Below, one piece after another: positions 40,439-50,631 of a stretch of 64,000 nt of DNA. This DNA is from Alphaproteobacteria bacterium. GTDB taxonomy: Bacteria > Pseudomonadota > Alphaproteobacteria > JASGCL01. The notes under the pieces were generated by a model, which did not search any database, was not told the origin of the DNA, and saw nothing but the letters and a program-made list of their open reading frames with translations. The translations under genes and the position numbers were made by a program. The stretch covers positions 147,847-211,846 of the forward strand of contig CBDHFT010000007.1 in NCBI GenBank assembly GCA_965262775.1, given 5' to 3'. The number at the start of each line of letters is the position of its first letter. The first letter of the stretch is position 1.

Positions 40439-40486
40439 CAATTTTTTATATAAAGTTATATCCATAATCATATTTAAAAAAATATC

Positions 40487-41494
40487 ATGGCTGTTTACAC
40501 CCACCTTTCACAAAGCGATATTGACCAGTTTATTGCAAATTACGATATTGGCAAGTTGCAAACTGTGGAATCGATTATCAAGGGCGTTTCCAATTCAAAT
40601 TATTTGCTTACGCTTATCAAGGACGGCGTTACGACAAAATATATTTTAACTTTGTTCGAGGCGCGGACCGATGTCGACGACCTGCCCTTTTGTTTTGCCT
40701 TAACGGCACATTTGGTCAAGAAAAATTTTCCATGCCCCCAACCATTAACCGACAAACGCGGCAATATCATCAACCAATGCAAAGACAAGGCGGCGGTTAT
40801 TATTTCATTTTTGTTGGGTTGCGAAAAAAGCAATTGGGATGAAAACGATTGTTTTGCCGCGGGGCAAAAATTGGCGGCCATGCACCTTGCCAGTCAAGAT
40901 TTTTTATTAAAGCGACAAAACAAATTATCTTTACCAGGGTGGGAAAATTTATGGCAAGCTTGCCAAACCAAACTTCGCCACCGTTCCCCCGCCCTTGACA
41001 GTGATATCAATGAATTAGAACAACATTTTACCGCGGTGAAAAAAATGTGGGTGGATGTTCCCGCGACCTTACCCGTCGGCGCTTGCCATGCCGATTTTTT
41101 CCCCGACAATGTTTTTTTTGAAAGCAACAACACATCCACCATCACGGGGGTTATTGATTTTTATTTTGCCTGCACCGATCGTCTGGCTTACGATTTGGCG
41201 ATAACCATGACGGCTTGGTGTTTTATTCACCCCAACGGCATGTTGCAAAAATCGATGGCAGAAAAAATGTTAGCGGGTTATCAAACTTTACGGCCATTAA
41301 CCGCCGATGAAAAAAAATATTTTATCCATCTGTTGGTGGGGGCGGCATGGCGTTTCACCCTGACGCGGTTTTATGACATGCACAACCACCAAGCCAACGA
41401 CCTGGTCAAACCAAAGGACCCAAGTTTTTATTGGGCGATGTTGCGTTGGTTGCTTGACCCCACCCATCATTCTATAATAAAGAACTTATTATGA
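40487..41494 (+). CDS. thrB: homoserine kinase type II
   Basis: [38 protein letters not shown]; ispH-thrB-rnhA synteny. Confidence 0.95.
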   Translation: MAVYTHLSQSDIDQFIANYDIGKLQTVESIIKGVSNSNYLLTLIKDGVTTKYILTLFEARTDVDDLPFCFALTAHLVKKNFPCPQPLTDKRGNIINQCKDKAAVIISFLLGCEKSNWDENDCFAAGQKLAAMHLASQDFLLKRQNKLSLPGWENLWQACQTKLRHRSPALDSDINELEQHFTAVKKMWVDVPATLPVGACHADFFPDNVFFESNNTSTITGVIDFYFACTDRLAYDLAITMTAWCFIHPNGMLQKSMAEKMLAGYQTLRPLTADEKKYFIHLLVGAAWRFTLTRFYDMHNHQANDLVKPKDPSFYWAMLRWLLDPTHHSIIKNLL

Positions 41495-41928
41495 TAAAAA
41501 TCTATTGCGACGGGTCTTGCCTTGGCAACCCTGGTCCAGGGGGGTGGTGTGCCATATTGCAACATGCGGGCAGTGGCGCCGAAAAAATTATCAGCGGCGG
41601 CGCGCCCCACACCACCAACAACCAAATGGAATTAACCGCCGCCCTGATGGCATTGAATGCGGTTACCAAAACTGTGCCGATAGAAATCTACACCGACTCG
41701 CAATATTTGCAGAAGGGAATTGGCGAATGGTCAAAAAAATGGTTAAAAAATGGTTTTAAGTCGGCCAACAAAGAGCCAATTAAAAACCAGGAAATTTGGC
41801 AAAAACTATTGGCCCACCCCCTGTTGCCGCATGTGTCGTTTCATTGGGTGAAGGGGCATGCGGGCCACGCGGAAAATGAACGCGCCGATGTTATCGCGCG
41901 GGGCGAGGCGTTAAAAATCAAAGGTTAA
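41491..41928 (+). CDS. rnhA: ribonuclease HI
   Basis: [41 protein letters not shown]. Confidence 0.97.
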   Translation: MIKIYCDGSCLGNPGPGGWCAILQHAGSGAEKIISGGAPHTTNNQMELTAALMALNAVTKTVPIEIYTDSQYLQKGIGEWSKKWLKNGFKSANKEPIKNQEIWQKLLAHPLLPHVSFHWVKGHAGHAENERADVIARGEALKIKG

Positions 41929-42249
41929 AACCCTTACTGTTATAAAAAAGCAATCAATATTGCTTAAAAAAACGGGTGGAATCCTGCCTGTTCCTTTTTT
42001 GATTCTCTCCATCGCAAGTTATCCACAAGAAAATGATAGTCTTTGTGATTTTTTTATAGACAAAAAAACCGAACAGCACGATTCTAAACATGAATCAATA
42101 ATGGTGAATCTATATTTGCTTGATAGTGATTCCCTACGAGGGGTGGATATTATTTTTATATCTTTGAATCTTATAGATTCAGATATATGCAAGAAAATCC
42201 ATCGATTCGAAGAGTAAATAAATTAAAACATAGTAAAAACAAGTATAAA

Positions 42250-43389
42250 ATGGCACGCGTTCTGATTATTGGTAATATGGCGGACAAAATTGGCTCGACC
42301 GCGCAATTGGCGCGCGCCGCGGGTTTCCAAGTTTTGCAGGCCAGCAGCATTGCCAGCGCGGTTGAAACCATGTGCCACCCCAAGGATGATGCCAGCAGTA
42401 TCGACCTGGCGATGGTTGATATAAAATTGGGGGTAGAAAAACTTATCGCCCAGATGGAGGGGCAAAAAAATCGTCCGACCATCATTGCCTGTGGCGATGA
42501 AATAAGAACCCCCGCCAGCATCATCGAGCTCAATCAAAAATATCTTTCTTTACCAACGCGGCTTGATCATTTTAAAAAAATAGTTTCGGAGTCAGTAGCT
42601 CAACAAGATATTATAAAATCAACGGGCAACCATCAGGATTTGCCATTCATTTGCGCCGATGCCAAAACCCGCGCCATGATAGCCGAATTGCCCGCCATGG
42701 CGCGCAGCCAGGCGTCGATTCTTATCACGGGGGAATCGGGCACGGGTAAGGAAGTGTTGGCGAAAACCATTCACCATGTTAGTGGTTTGCCCGCGAAAAA
42801 ATTTCATGCTTTTAATTGCGCGGCCATTCCCGAACATTTGTTGGAGGCAGAATTATTTGGTTATGAAAAAGGAGCCTTCACGGGGGCGTTGACCCGCAAA
42901 ATTGGCAAATTTGAAGAAGCCGACGGCGGCACATTGTTGTTGGATGAAATAAGCGAGATGGACCTGCGACTGCAAGCCAAATTATTGCGGGTGTTGCAGG
43001 AACAGGAAATAGACAGGTTGGGCAGTAACACGCCGATAAAAATAAACGTGCGGATGATAGCCACCACCAACCGCGACATTGTAAAACACATCGACGATGG
43101 AAAATTTCGTGAAGATTTGTTTTATCGATTGAATGTTTTTCAAATTAACCTGCCTGCCCTGCGCTTGCGCAAAGACGACATAGCGGTGTTGGCCGAACAT
43201 TTTATAAAAAAATATTGCGCGCAATATAAAAAATCCCCGATGACATTGACCAACGACGCCGTAACCAAAATGCACCAACATCATTTTCACGGCAATGTGC
43301 GCGAATTAGAAAACACCATGCACCGCGCCGTCATCATGACCCAAGGGTCGCAAATTACTGCCAGTGATGTAAGCTTGCTGGCACGCTAG
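42250..43389 (+). CDS. FlbD-like sigma54-dependent enhancer-binding protein lacking the C-terminal HTH
   Basis: FlbD-like receiver (ARVLIIG…DLAMVD); GESGTGKE, ELFGYEKGAFTGA, LLDEISEM, REDLFYRL, GNVRELEN. It ends about 20 aa after the AAA+ domain. Confidence 0.85.
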   Translation: MARVLIIGNMADKIGSTAQLARAAGFQVLQASSIASAVETMCHPKDDASSIDLAMVDIKLGVEKLIAQMEGQKNRPTIIACGDEIRTPASIIELNQKYLSLPTRLDHFKKIVSESVAQQDIIKSTGNHQDLPFICADAKTRAMIAELPAMARSQASILITGESGTGKEVLAKTIHHVSGLPAKKFHAFNCAAIPEHLLEAELFGYEKGAFTGALTRKIGKFEEADGGTLLLDEISEMDLRLQAKLLRVLQEQEIDRLGSNTPIKINVRMIATTNRDIVKHIDDGKFREDLFYRLNVFQINLPALRLRKDDIAVLAEHFIKKYCAQYKKSPMTLTNDAVTKMHQHHFHGNVRELENTMHRAVIMTQGSQITASDVSLLAR

Positions 43390-43405
43390 GGCATAAAATA
43401 TCCGC

Positions 43406-43434
43406 TTGTAATGATATAGCAAAATTGCTATATT
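43406..43434 (+). promoter_or_regulatory. toxin-antitoxin promoter with palindromic operator
   Basis: TTGTAA-N17-TATATT overlapped by the inverted repeat ATATAGCAA-aa-TTGCTATAT (43414-43433). Confidence 0.6.
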
Positions 43435-43479
43435 ATACTTATAGATGGCATTTTCAAAAAATAAAAAAAGGAAAGCTTT

Positions 43480-43833
43480 ATGATTGATAAAGAAAATGCT
43501 TCTTGGCAAATCAAACCAATTAACAAAAATGTTGATAAAGAAATTAATAACCTACCCATTGACCTTCAAGCAAAATTTCTGCGAATAGCAAAATTAATAG
43601 AAAGCGATGGCGTTTTTGGTGTCGCAAAACCCTATGTTAAATCATTATCGAAAGGATTATGGGAAATAAGAATCAAAGGAACCAGTGGCATCGCCCGCGC
43701 TTTGTTCTTTATTAAAAATAAAGAAATTATTATCCTTCATGTTTTTATTAAGAAAACGCAAAAAACCCCACCCAAGGCTATCACCCTCGCCCGACAACGA
43801 TTACAAGATTATGAACTACACAAAAAAACTTGA
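43480..43833 (+). CDS. RelE/ParE-superfamily (HigB/gp49-like) toxin
   Basis: PYVKSLSKGLWEIRIK, ARALF, IIILHVFIKKTQKTP; toxin-first gene order. Confidence 0.9.
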   Translation: MIDKENASWQIKPINKNVDKEINNLPIDLQAKFLRIAKLIESDGVFGVAKPYVKSLSKGLWEIRIKGTSGIARALFFIKNKEIIILHVFIKKTQKTPPKAITLARQRLQDYELHKKT

Positions 43834-44083
43834 AAAAAAATGGATGAAGAATCCAACGTTCCGTAAGGAATATGAAAAGCTAGATAATGAATTTAGCCTG
43901 GCCGAGGCCTTTATTGCGGCGCGAAAGAAATCAAACCTAACGCAAGATGACATTGCAAAACGCATGGCAACCAGTCAGTCAGTTATCGCCAGGTTAGAAT
44001 CGGGCACGCGCTTGCCATCAACCAAAACCTTGCTTCGTTATGCCAAGGCGACCAACACAAAACTGAAAATCAGTTTTCTTTAA
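43811..44083 (+). CDS. HigA-like Xre HTH antitoxin
   Basis: ARKKSNLTQDDIAKRMATSQSVIARLESG…PSTKTLLRYAKA; overlaps the toxin. Confidence 0.9.
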   Translation: MNYTKKLEKKWMKNPTFRKEYEKLDNEFSLAEAFIAARKKSNLTQDDIAKRMATSQSVIARLESGTRLPSTKTLLRYAKATNTKLKISFL

Positions 44084-44111
44084 AAAAATTCTCAACCACG
44101 CCGTTCGTGCG

Positions 44112-44209
44112 CTAGGGCTACGCCCTAGAACCCAGGCTTGCTGGCGATAAAAAGAAAAAAAACATTTCAAGCAAAAGCGGAAAATAATGGTTCTAGGTCT
44201 TTGACCTAG
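44112..44209. repeat. inverted pair of 21-bp REP-like hairpins abutting the tRNA-Trp 3' end
   Basis: CTAGG-gctacgc-CCTAGAACC (44112-44132) and, on the minus strand, CTAGG-tcaaaga-CCTAGAACC (44209-44189). Confidence 0.55.
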
Positions 44210-44285
44210 TGGCAGGGGCGCAGGGACTCGAACCCGGAACCTTCGGTTTTGGAGACCGACGCTCTACCAATTGAGCTACACCCCT
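44210..44285 (-). tRNA. tRNA-Trp(CCA)
   Basis: Reverse complement AGGGGTGTAGCTCAATTGGTAGAGCGTCGGTCTCCAAAACCGAAGGTTCCGGGTTCGAGTCCCTGCGCCCCTGCCA. Confidence 0.97.
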
Positions 44286-44346
44286 ACAATAAAACTATGT
44301 TGGCGATAAAAAAATTGCCAACCGAAGATACCTAGCAAACCCACGC

Positions 44347-44383
44347 AAAAAAAAATAGCCCCCTTGTAAAAAAACAAGGGGGC
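44347..44383 (-). terminator. rho-independent terminator after tuf
   Basis: GCCCCCTTGT/ACAAGGGGGC stem followed by a T-tract on the minus strand. Confidence 0.75.
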
Positions 44384-44412
44384 CAAATTTTTAGAAATTA
44401 AAACAATTTCTT

Positions 44413-45603
44413 TTAAGCTAACACTTTGCTAACCACGCCCGAACCAACGGTGCGGCCGCCTTCACGAATGGCGAAGCGTAAACCTTCATCCATCGCGATG
44501 GGGGAAATTAATTCCACGGTCATTTTGGTGTTGTCGCCCGGCATAACCATTTCCGTGCCCTGGGCCAACGAAACAGTGCCTGTCACGTCGGTGGTGCGGA
44601 AATAAAATTGTGGACGATAATTGTTCATAAATGGGGTGTGACGACCGCCTTCATCTTTGGTAAGAATGTAAACTTCACATTCAAATTTGGTATGAGGAGT
44701 GATCGAGCCAGGAGCAGCCAACACTTGACCGCGTTCCACGCCCGTTCTGTCAACGCCGCGTAACAACGCACCAATGTTGTCGCCCGCTTGACCGCTGTCA
44801 AGCAATTTGCGGAACATTTCAACGCCCGTTACCACGGATTTGCTGGTGGGACGCAAACCGACAATTTCGATTTCTTCCCCGACCTTGACTTGGCCACGTT
44901 CAACACGGCCTGTCACCACGGTGCCGCGACCTTCGATAGAGAACACATCTTCGATTGGCATCAAAAATGGCTTATCAACGGGGCGGGCGGGTTGTGGAAT
45001 GGCGGCATCAACTGCATCCATCAGTTCAAGAATGGCTTTTTTACCAATTTCTTCATCGCGACCTTCTAACGCCGCCAATGCCGAACCTTTGACAATGGGA
45101 ATTTTGTCGCCAGGAAATTCGTATTTGCTTAACAAATCACGGATTTCAACTTCGACCAATTCGGCCAACTCTTTGTCATCGACTTGGTCAATTTTGTTCA
45201 TGAAAACGACCAGCGCGGGCACACCCACCTGACGCGCAAGCAAAATATGCTCGCGGGTTTGGGGCATGGGGCCGTCGGCCGCACTCACCACCAAAATGGC
45301 ACCGTCCATCTGCGCGGCACCCGTAATCATGTTTTTCACATAATCGGCGTGGCCAGGGCAGTCAACGTGTGCATAATGGCGTTTTGATGTTTCATATTCA
45401 ACGTGGGCAGTGTTGATGGTAATACCCCGTTCTTTTTCTTCTGGGGCTTTATCGATATCGGCATAGCCTTTGAATTCGGCTTGGCCCATATCCGCAAGAA
45501 CCTTTGTAATGGCCGCGGTCAAGGTTGTCTTGCCGTGGTCAACGTGCCCAATTGTCCCAATATTGCAATGGGGTTTGTTTCTTTCAAACTTTGTTTTAGT
45601 CAT
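44413..45603 (-). CDS. tuf: elongation factor Tu
   Basis: [49 protein letters not shown]. Confidence 0.99.
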   Translation of the reverse strand: MTKTKFERNKPHCNIGTIGHVDHGKTTLTAAITKVLADMGQAEFKGYADIDKAPEEKERGITINTAHVEYETSKRHYAHVDCPGHADYVKNMITGAAQMDGAILVVSAADGPMPQTREHILLARQVGVPALVVFMNKIDQVDDKELAELVEVEIRDLLSKYEFPGDKIPIVKGSALAALEGRDEEIGKKAILELMDAVDAAIPQPARPVDKPFLMPIEDVFSIEGRGTVVTGRVERGQVKVGEEIEIVGLRPTSKSVVTGVEMFRKLLDSGQAGDNIGALLRGVDRTGVERGQVLAAPGSITPHTKFECEVYILTKDEGGRHTPFMNNYRPQFYFRTTDVTGTVSLAQGTEMVMPGDNTKMTVELISPIAMDEGLRFAIREGGRTVGSGVVSKVLA

Positions 45604-45999
45604 AACTTTTTCTCCATAAATAAAATCATTTTTTTACAACAGATAATTTATAGCACACACACCCCGTTAGGTTGGCTTGGTCAAAGTCACCTTGGCAAAA
45701 ATAAACCCGACATAATTAATATAGGCTTTATCGTTGCTCTAAGATATCTGCGCTTGTGAATTTGTATATCTGGGCGAGCACACATTATCTGCCTATCGAG
45801 TTTTTACCCAAGATATAACACCCAACGCCATATAACAAAAAAACCACCCTGTCAAGTCTATAATATCAAAAAAATCAAGCGACAGCGATTAGGTGATTGA
45901 AAAGATTGGATTCGTGCGCCGCCCCACAAAATTCATTTTCAATGGTGATAAACGGCCAGCCCGCCCACGGGTTCGCTTTGCGGTGAGCAGGAATAAGGC

Positions 46000-46425
46000 C
46001 TAATAACGGCTGGCATATTTGGCGCCAACCAGGGGGAAGACTACGGCGCCAATCCAACTGACGATTTCTACCCACGTGGGATGCACCCCAGGCAACAAAA
46101 ACACATCACTCCCGACGCCAATCGCCAACAAAATAATACCCAGCACCAATGGCAAAGAAAGACTGCTACGGTTTACGCTAAGCCGCGCCACCGTGTATCC
46201 ACCAACCAAGCAACTTATTGCCCAACCAACCAAGGCCACAATCCAAACCTCTAAAGGGAAGGCTTTGGTCAAATTCCTTAGGGTTTCCATGTCCGTGACC
46301 TTGAAATTGACCATCATGGAGTCAATAAAAATAATATAATTTACCCATTTGATAGCGCTGCTCAAAGCGAACACAACGAAAAGGCCGATAATCACAGCTA
46401 ATAAGTTTTTATCTGATATTTTCAT
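46000..46425 (-). CDS. uncharacterised multi-TM membrane protein (paralog 1)
   Basis: LLAVIIG…FPLEVWIVALVGWAISCLVGGY…PGVHPTWV…PLVG; similar to its neighbour. Confidence 0.7.
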   Translation of the reverse strand: MKISDKNLLAVIIGLFVVFALSSAIKWVNYIIFIDSMMVNFKVTDMETLRNLTKAFPLEVWIVALVGWAISCLVGGYTVARLSVNRSSLSLPLVLGIILLAIGVGSDVFLLPGVHPTWVEIVSWIGAVVFPLVGAKYASRY

Positions 46426-46500
46426 ACTTATCGTTGTAGCAGAGCCTATAAGCAAAGCAAAGCAATAAATAATACCTCGTTACAGAAATATTATGATAAT

Positions 46501-46965
46501 TTATATTCTTAAATGCAGCCGCGCCAGTTGCCCGCCCACTAGTGGTAATACCAACGAAAAGCCCCAACCAATGGCCGAAACCCAAAGTGGTTGTAGCCCA
46601 GGAAAAATAATAATATTATCTAATAATGAGAAACCCAACATTATCATACCCAGCGCGAGACATGGATAAAAACAATATTCTTTGGTGATGATTCCCCGCA
46701 TGGCAATAAACCGTGGCACAGCATAACCCGCAACCAGTGAACTAACCCCCCAACCCAACAACACCATATACCATACAGTGGGTGGGAAAGTTTGGGTCCA
46801 GGCGATGGCGGCTTGCAAGTCCTTCGTATCCAATTCAGGCGGCATGGGCGGCACAAAAAGAATATAGTTGATAGTCTTAAAAATAATTATCACAGCCGAC
46901 GCGACAACGAAGCCCATTATCACGGCAACTATTTCATGAGAAAAAAATCGTTTCCATTTGTTCAT
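46501..46965 (-). CDS. uncharacterised multi-TM membrane protein (paralog 2)
   Basis: IVAVIMG…FPPTVWYMVLLGWGVSSLVAGY…PGLQPLWV…PLVG. Confidence 0.7.
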   Translation of the reverse strand: MNKWKRFFSHEIVAVIMGFVVASAVIIIFKTINYILFVPPMPPELDTKDLQAAIAWTQTFPPTVWYMVLLGWGVSSLVAGYAVPRFIAMRGIITKEYCFYPCLALGMIMLGFSLLDNIIIFPGLQPLWVSAIGWGFSLVLPLVGGQLARLHLRI

Positions 46966-47052
46966 AGCATATCGCAATACAGCACCCGCGGGCGAAAGAA
47001 AATACGTGAGTGATGTAGCGGTAATAACTTGGCTGAAAAAGCCAAAAAAATA

Positions 47053-48609
47053 TTAAGGAAATTTGGGCGGGCGTGGATAACGCGACACCGAATCAAAACT
47101 GGTCAAATCAAGTTGCGACCTTATATATTCGCGGCTTGAATCGCGCCGTGGTTGATAATCCCAAGAATAATAATCACCCATGCGCAATGCTTCATGAATA
47201 ATTCTGCGCGATCGCTGATTGACTATAATTTCTTTTTTCAATTCCTCGGCCGACCAATGATTTTTTGCCATGGTGCGGAATGCCGCAACTTCTTTTTGAA
47301 AACGCGGGTCGTCTATCGCTACGGGCACCTCGCGCGCCTCGCCATCATAATGAAACAATTGTTCGGGGTCGCTGGGGGCGTAGGTATATTTCAATTTTTC
47401 GCTTCTTATCATCATCATGGGTTCTATCGCCCCCTCGGCACAATATTCGGTAATAATGGCTTGGGGATATTGCGCCTCCACCGCTGATTTCCCCATCAAC
47501 AGCGGGAACAGGCTATGGCCGTCTAGCGGTTCGATAGCCTCCCCCTTATAACCGACCATGTCGCTAAATGTCGGCAACAGGTCAATCAAACTAATCGGGG
47601 TGGTGATAGATTGCGGTTTTATTCCTTTGGGGTAATAAAAAATTAATGGAACTTGCGACGCGTAATCATAAAAACTCATTTTATACCACAACCCACGCTC
47701 GCCCAAAAAATCGCCATGGTCCGATGAAAAAACCAGCACGGTATTTTCAAGGAAGTTAGTTTCTTCTAAAACTTTTAATATCTCCCCCACCCATTCATCG
47801 ACCATCGTCACATTGGCAAAATAGGCGCGACGCGAACGGACAATATCTTCATCGCTTATCTTAACATGGTCAAGCCCTATCGCCGTTTCCAAACGTAAAC
47901 AATGGGGGTCATTGTCGCTGGCTTGCGGGCGTTTGGTGGTGGGCAAGGGAATTTCTATGTCGTTATATTGATCCCAATATCTTTGCCGCGCAACATAAGG
48001 GTCATGGGGATGAATGAACCCTATGGTCAACAAAAATGGTCTAATCTTTTCTTCTTCGCGCCTTGCCAATTGGTATAGTTGGCGTTTGGCAAGCGCAACC
48101 ACTTCGTCATCATATTCCAATTGATTGCTGATGGCCGCCACGCCCGATTGCTTCACCGATGACATGTTATGATACCACAGGTCGATACGCTCGGTTGGTT
48201 TTTTCCAATTGGGCACCCAGCCAAAGTCGGCGGGATAAACATCGGTCGTTAAGCGTTTTTCGTAACCATGCAATTGGTCACTACCCACGAAGTGCATCTT
48301 ACCCGCCAAGATGGTTTCGTAGCCAGCCAAGCGCGCATAATGAGCAAGGGTCGGCTTCAAGGAATCCATCAAGGCCGAATTGTCATAACCCTTATGATTT
48401 TTTACATATTGCCCCGTCATGATGCCATAACGCGACGGCGTGCAAAGCGGCGACGGGCAATAGGCATTTTCGAACACCGCGCCATGTTGTATCATTTTAT
48501 CCAAATTGGGGGTCAGGGTGACCGCATGCTTATTATGATAACGCATGGCCATGGCTGTCAATTGGTCAACCAAAATAAAAACAATATTGGGGGTGGAGGA
48601 TTTGCTCAT
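47053..48609 (-). CDS. betC: choline-sulfatase
   Basis: PNIVFILVDQL, sulfatase motif CTPSR, GKMHFVGSDQLHG, RLTTDVYPADFGW, WYHNMSSV, HPHDPY, GLWYKMSF. Confidence 0.9.
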   Translation of the reverse strand: MSKSSTPNIVFILVDQLTAMAMRYHNKHAVTLTPNLDKMIQHGAVFENAYCPSPLCTPSRYGIMTGQYVKNHKGYDNSALMDSLKPTLAHYARLAGYETILAGKMHFVGSDQLHGYEKRLTTDVYPADFGWVPNWKKPTERIDLWYHNMSSVKQSGVAAISNQLEYDDEVVALAKRQLYQLARREEEKIRPFLLTIGFIHPHDPYVARQRYWDQYNDIEIPLPTTKRPQASDNDPHCLRLETAIGLDHVKISDEDIVRSRRAYFANVTMVDEWVGEILKVLEETNFLENTVLVFSSDHGDFLGERGLWYKMSFYDYASQVPLIFYYPKGIKPQSITTPISLIDLLPTFSDMVGYKGEAIEPLDGHSLFPLLMGKSAVEAQYPQAIITEYCAEGAIEPMMMIRSEKLKYTYAPSDPEQLFHYDGEAREVPVAIDDPRFQKEVAAFRTMAKNHWSAEELKKEIIVNQRSRRIIHEALRMGDYYSWDYQPRRDSSREYIRSQLDLTSFDSVSRYPRPPKFP

Positions 48610-48823
48610 AAAAATTTTATTACTTCCTTGTATCATATTCCGAATCTCTTGCAAGAAAAAAAATAATCTTGTGCTAGGATTAGCCTCAAGCTAGGCTGTT
48701 TTGCTTCTAGACCCATGTCATCTATATAAAAAATAATATTGTAATCTCGACTGCGATAGCCAATCGCGCCTTCCGCAAGGACATCACCACGCGACTTTGT
48801 AAAAATACCGACAAAAAATAAGA

Positions 48824-48897
48824 TGGAGCGGGTGAAGGGAATCGAACCCTCGTCACTAGCTTGGAAGGCTAGAGCTTTACCATTAAGCTACACCCGC
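48824..48897 (-). tRNA. tRNA-Gly(TCC)
   Basis: Reverse complement GCGGGTGTAGCTTAATGGTAAAGCTCTAGCCTTCCAAGCTAGTGACGAGGGTTCGATTCCCTTCACCCGCTCCA. Confidence 0.97.
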
Positions 48898-49174
48898 TTA
48901 TTTTCCTGCTTTTGTCTTTTACATTTTTTTGACCAAATTGCAAAGTATCAATTATGCAATCCGCGCCTTCATTTTATCGGCTATCATATCAAAATCTTGC
49001 TTGGGTATTTCAAAAAAACCAAACCCCATGTTTTTTTATCCCCCGACTGTATTATTCTTATATAATTCTGTTCTATCGAAAAAGCAAAATGCTTGCATCA
49101 GGCATAACATTGCAACTATCGACAGAGGTTAAAAATGGCGGAGAAAGAGCTAGCAACCCCATTTTTAATATTAT

Positions 49175-50626
49175 ATGCACGTAATGATGAAGAATATTGA
49201 AGCCGATGTATGTGTGATTGGTGCGGGGTCGGGGGGATTATCGGTCGCGGCGGGCACGGCGCAACTGGGGCTAAAAACCGTGTTAATAGAGGCCGACAAA
49301 ATGGGCGGCGATTGCCTTAACGCGGGGTGCGTGCCGTCCAAGGCTTTGCTGGCGGCGGCAAAACAAGCCAATCATTTTCGGGCCGAGCATATAACAGGCA
49401 TTGCCAAGCTTGAACCCACCATTGATTTTGCCAATATCAAAAAACATGTATCGTCGGTTATCAAAACCATCGAGCCCAACGATTCGGTAGAACGTTTCGA
49501 AAAATTGGGGGTGAAGGTTATCAAGGCCAAAGCCCATTTTTTAAATAACAAGCAAGTTGTGGCGGGGGATAATATCATCACCGCGCGCTATATGGTTATT
49601 GCAACTGGTTCACGCGCCATCATGCCACCCATCAAGGGGTTGGAGGACATTGATAAAACAAAAATCTTTACCAACGAAAATATTTTTTCTTTAAAAGAAA
49701 AACCAGGTCATTTGATTATTATCGGCGGTGGCCCGATTGGGATAGAAATGGCGCAGGCCCATGTGCGCCTCGGTTGTCCTGTTTCGGTTATAACGCATAG
49801 CGTGATATTGCCAAAAGACGATGCGGCGGCGGTTAATATTGTTAAACAGCAATTAATGGCCGAGGGTGTCGCCTTTTACGAACAGGTTAATATTCAAAAC
49901 ATCACAGAAAATAAAAATAACCTATTGATAAGCCTGGTCAATAACAAAGGCCGCATAATAAATTTAGACGGCACCCATTTGCTGTTGGCGGCGGGGCGAG
50001 GGGCCAACATCGCCGACCTCAAGCTTGACCAAGCCGATATAAAAACCAATGGGCAAGGTATCATCGTCAATAAAAAATTGCGCACCAACCAAAAAAATAT
50101 TTTTGCCATCGGCGATTGCAACGGCGGGCCACAATTTACCCATGCCGCGGGTTATCAAGCGGGCATCATCATTCGCCAATTATGTTTTAAATTACCCGCC
50201 GCGGTCGATTACACCGCCCTGCCCTGGGTTACCTACACCGACCCTGAATTGGCGCAGGTTGGGTTAAGCGAAGCGATGGCGAAAAAGAAATATGGTAAAA
50301 ATTATAAAGTCGCCACCTGGCATTTTAAAGAAAATGATCGCGCGGTGGCGGAAGCCAACACCCTAGGCTTTATCAAAATTATCACCGATAAAAAAGGTCG
50401 CGTGGTTGGCGGCACCATGGTCAGCCCGCACGCGGGGGATATGATTCTTACCGTTGGGCTTGCGATAAGCAAGAAATTAAAATTGGCGGACTTGGCGGGG
50501 ATGATTGCCCCCTATCCCACGCGGGGCGAAATTATCAAACGCGCCGCGGGTAATTATTATACCCCCATTCTTTTCAGCGATAGAACACGCCGCCTTGTCA
50601 AATGGCTGCAATATTTACCCTTTTAA
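49175..50626 (+). CDS. class I pyridine nucleotide-disulfide oxidoreductase (lpdA/merA-like, not a true MerA)
   Basis: GAGSGG, GGDCLNAGCVPSK, GGGPIG, YTDPELAQVG, PYPT; no C-terminal Cys pair. Confidence 0.85.
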   Translation: MHVMMKNIEADVCVIGAGSGGLSVAAGTAQLGLKTVLIEADKMGGDCLNAGCVPSKALLAAAKQANHFRAEHITGIAKLEPTIDFANIKKHVSSVIKTIEPNDSVERFEKLGVKVIKAKAHFLNNKQVVAGDNIITARYMVIATGSRAIMPPIKGLEDIDKTKIFTNENIFSLKEKPGHLIIIGGGPIGIEMAQAHVRLGCPVSVITHSVILPKDDAAAVNIVKQQLMAEGVAFYEQVNIQNITENKNNLLISLVNNKGRIINLDGTHLLLAAGRGANIADLKLDQADIKTNGQGIIVNKKLRTNQKNIFAIGDCNGGPQFTHAAGYQAGIIIRQLCFKLPAAVDYTALPWVTYTDPELAQVGLSEAMAKKKYGKNYKVATWHFKENDRAVAEANTLGFIKIITDKKGRVVGGTMVSPHAGDMILTVGLAISKKLKLADLAGMIAPYPTRGEIIKRAAGNYYTPILFSDRTRRLVKWLQYLPF

Positions 50627-50631
50627 CTTCA

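Noticed and set aside
49175-50626. Mercuric reductase call
   Set aside because: No C-terminal Cys-Cys, no NmerA domain and no mer operon.
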